From Antedon mediterranea (lineage: Eukaryota; Animalia; Echinodermata), in the NCBI RefSeq assembly GCF_964355755.1, contig NC_092673.1, forward strand, positions 930,001 to 994,000: a stretch of DNA of 64,000 nt, read 5' to 3'. Positions 63,851 through 64,000 of the stretch are shown one piece after another. The notes beneath the pieces are model-generated. The model worked only from the letters and a program-made list of their open reading frames with translations, was not told the DNA's origin and made no database searches. Position numbers and translations under genes: made by a program. Positions within the stretch are counted from its first letter, which is position 1. Each line of letters starts with the position of its first letter.

Positions 63851-64000
63851 CTTTAAACATGCGCACAATACGTTAATAATATTGCACCAACTTTCTGCTT
63901 TCTCACAATTTTTCTCTCAATGAGTAATTTTTTTTTTTATAAATTATAGGCCTACATCATTTTGGCGTGGGTGTATGAATGTAAATTGAAGTAGCAGACA

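Overview
AT-rich (roughly one-third GC by eye) eukaryotic genomic DNA, consistent with a marine invertebrate and plausibly an echinoderm or other invertebrate deuterostome; the taxon cannot be fixed from sequence alone. There is one convincing protein-coding gene: an intronless alpha-2 adrenergic / Octalpha2-type aminergic GPCR (11574-12869, +). The rest is repeat-rich non-coding DNA. It contains four families of PIF/Harbinger-type MITEs (about 18 copies or fragments), Helentron/DINE-1-like elements, decayed LINE fragments (RTE-X-like, CR1, L2/Crack-like), SINE remnants, about 20 mini/microsatellites and a ~3 kb 57-bp satellite with a 157-bp higher-order repeat. I found no CRISPR array, rRNA or intact tRNA. 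The best leads are: (1) a charge-remodelled ligand pocket in the receptor (K2.65, K3.29, E7.39); (2) strong excess of TAGGCCTA, which a local duplication shows arising as a GGCCTA insertion at a TA, like a transposon excision scar; (3) a uORF-dense receptor leader that includes a signal-anchor-like micropeptide. I cannot claim a new biological system with confidence. Repeat boundaries are read by eye and may be off by a few bases.
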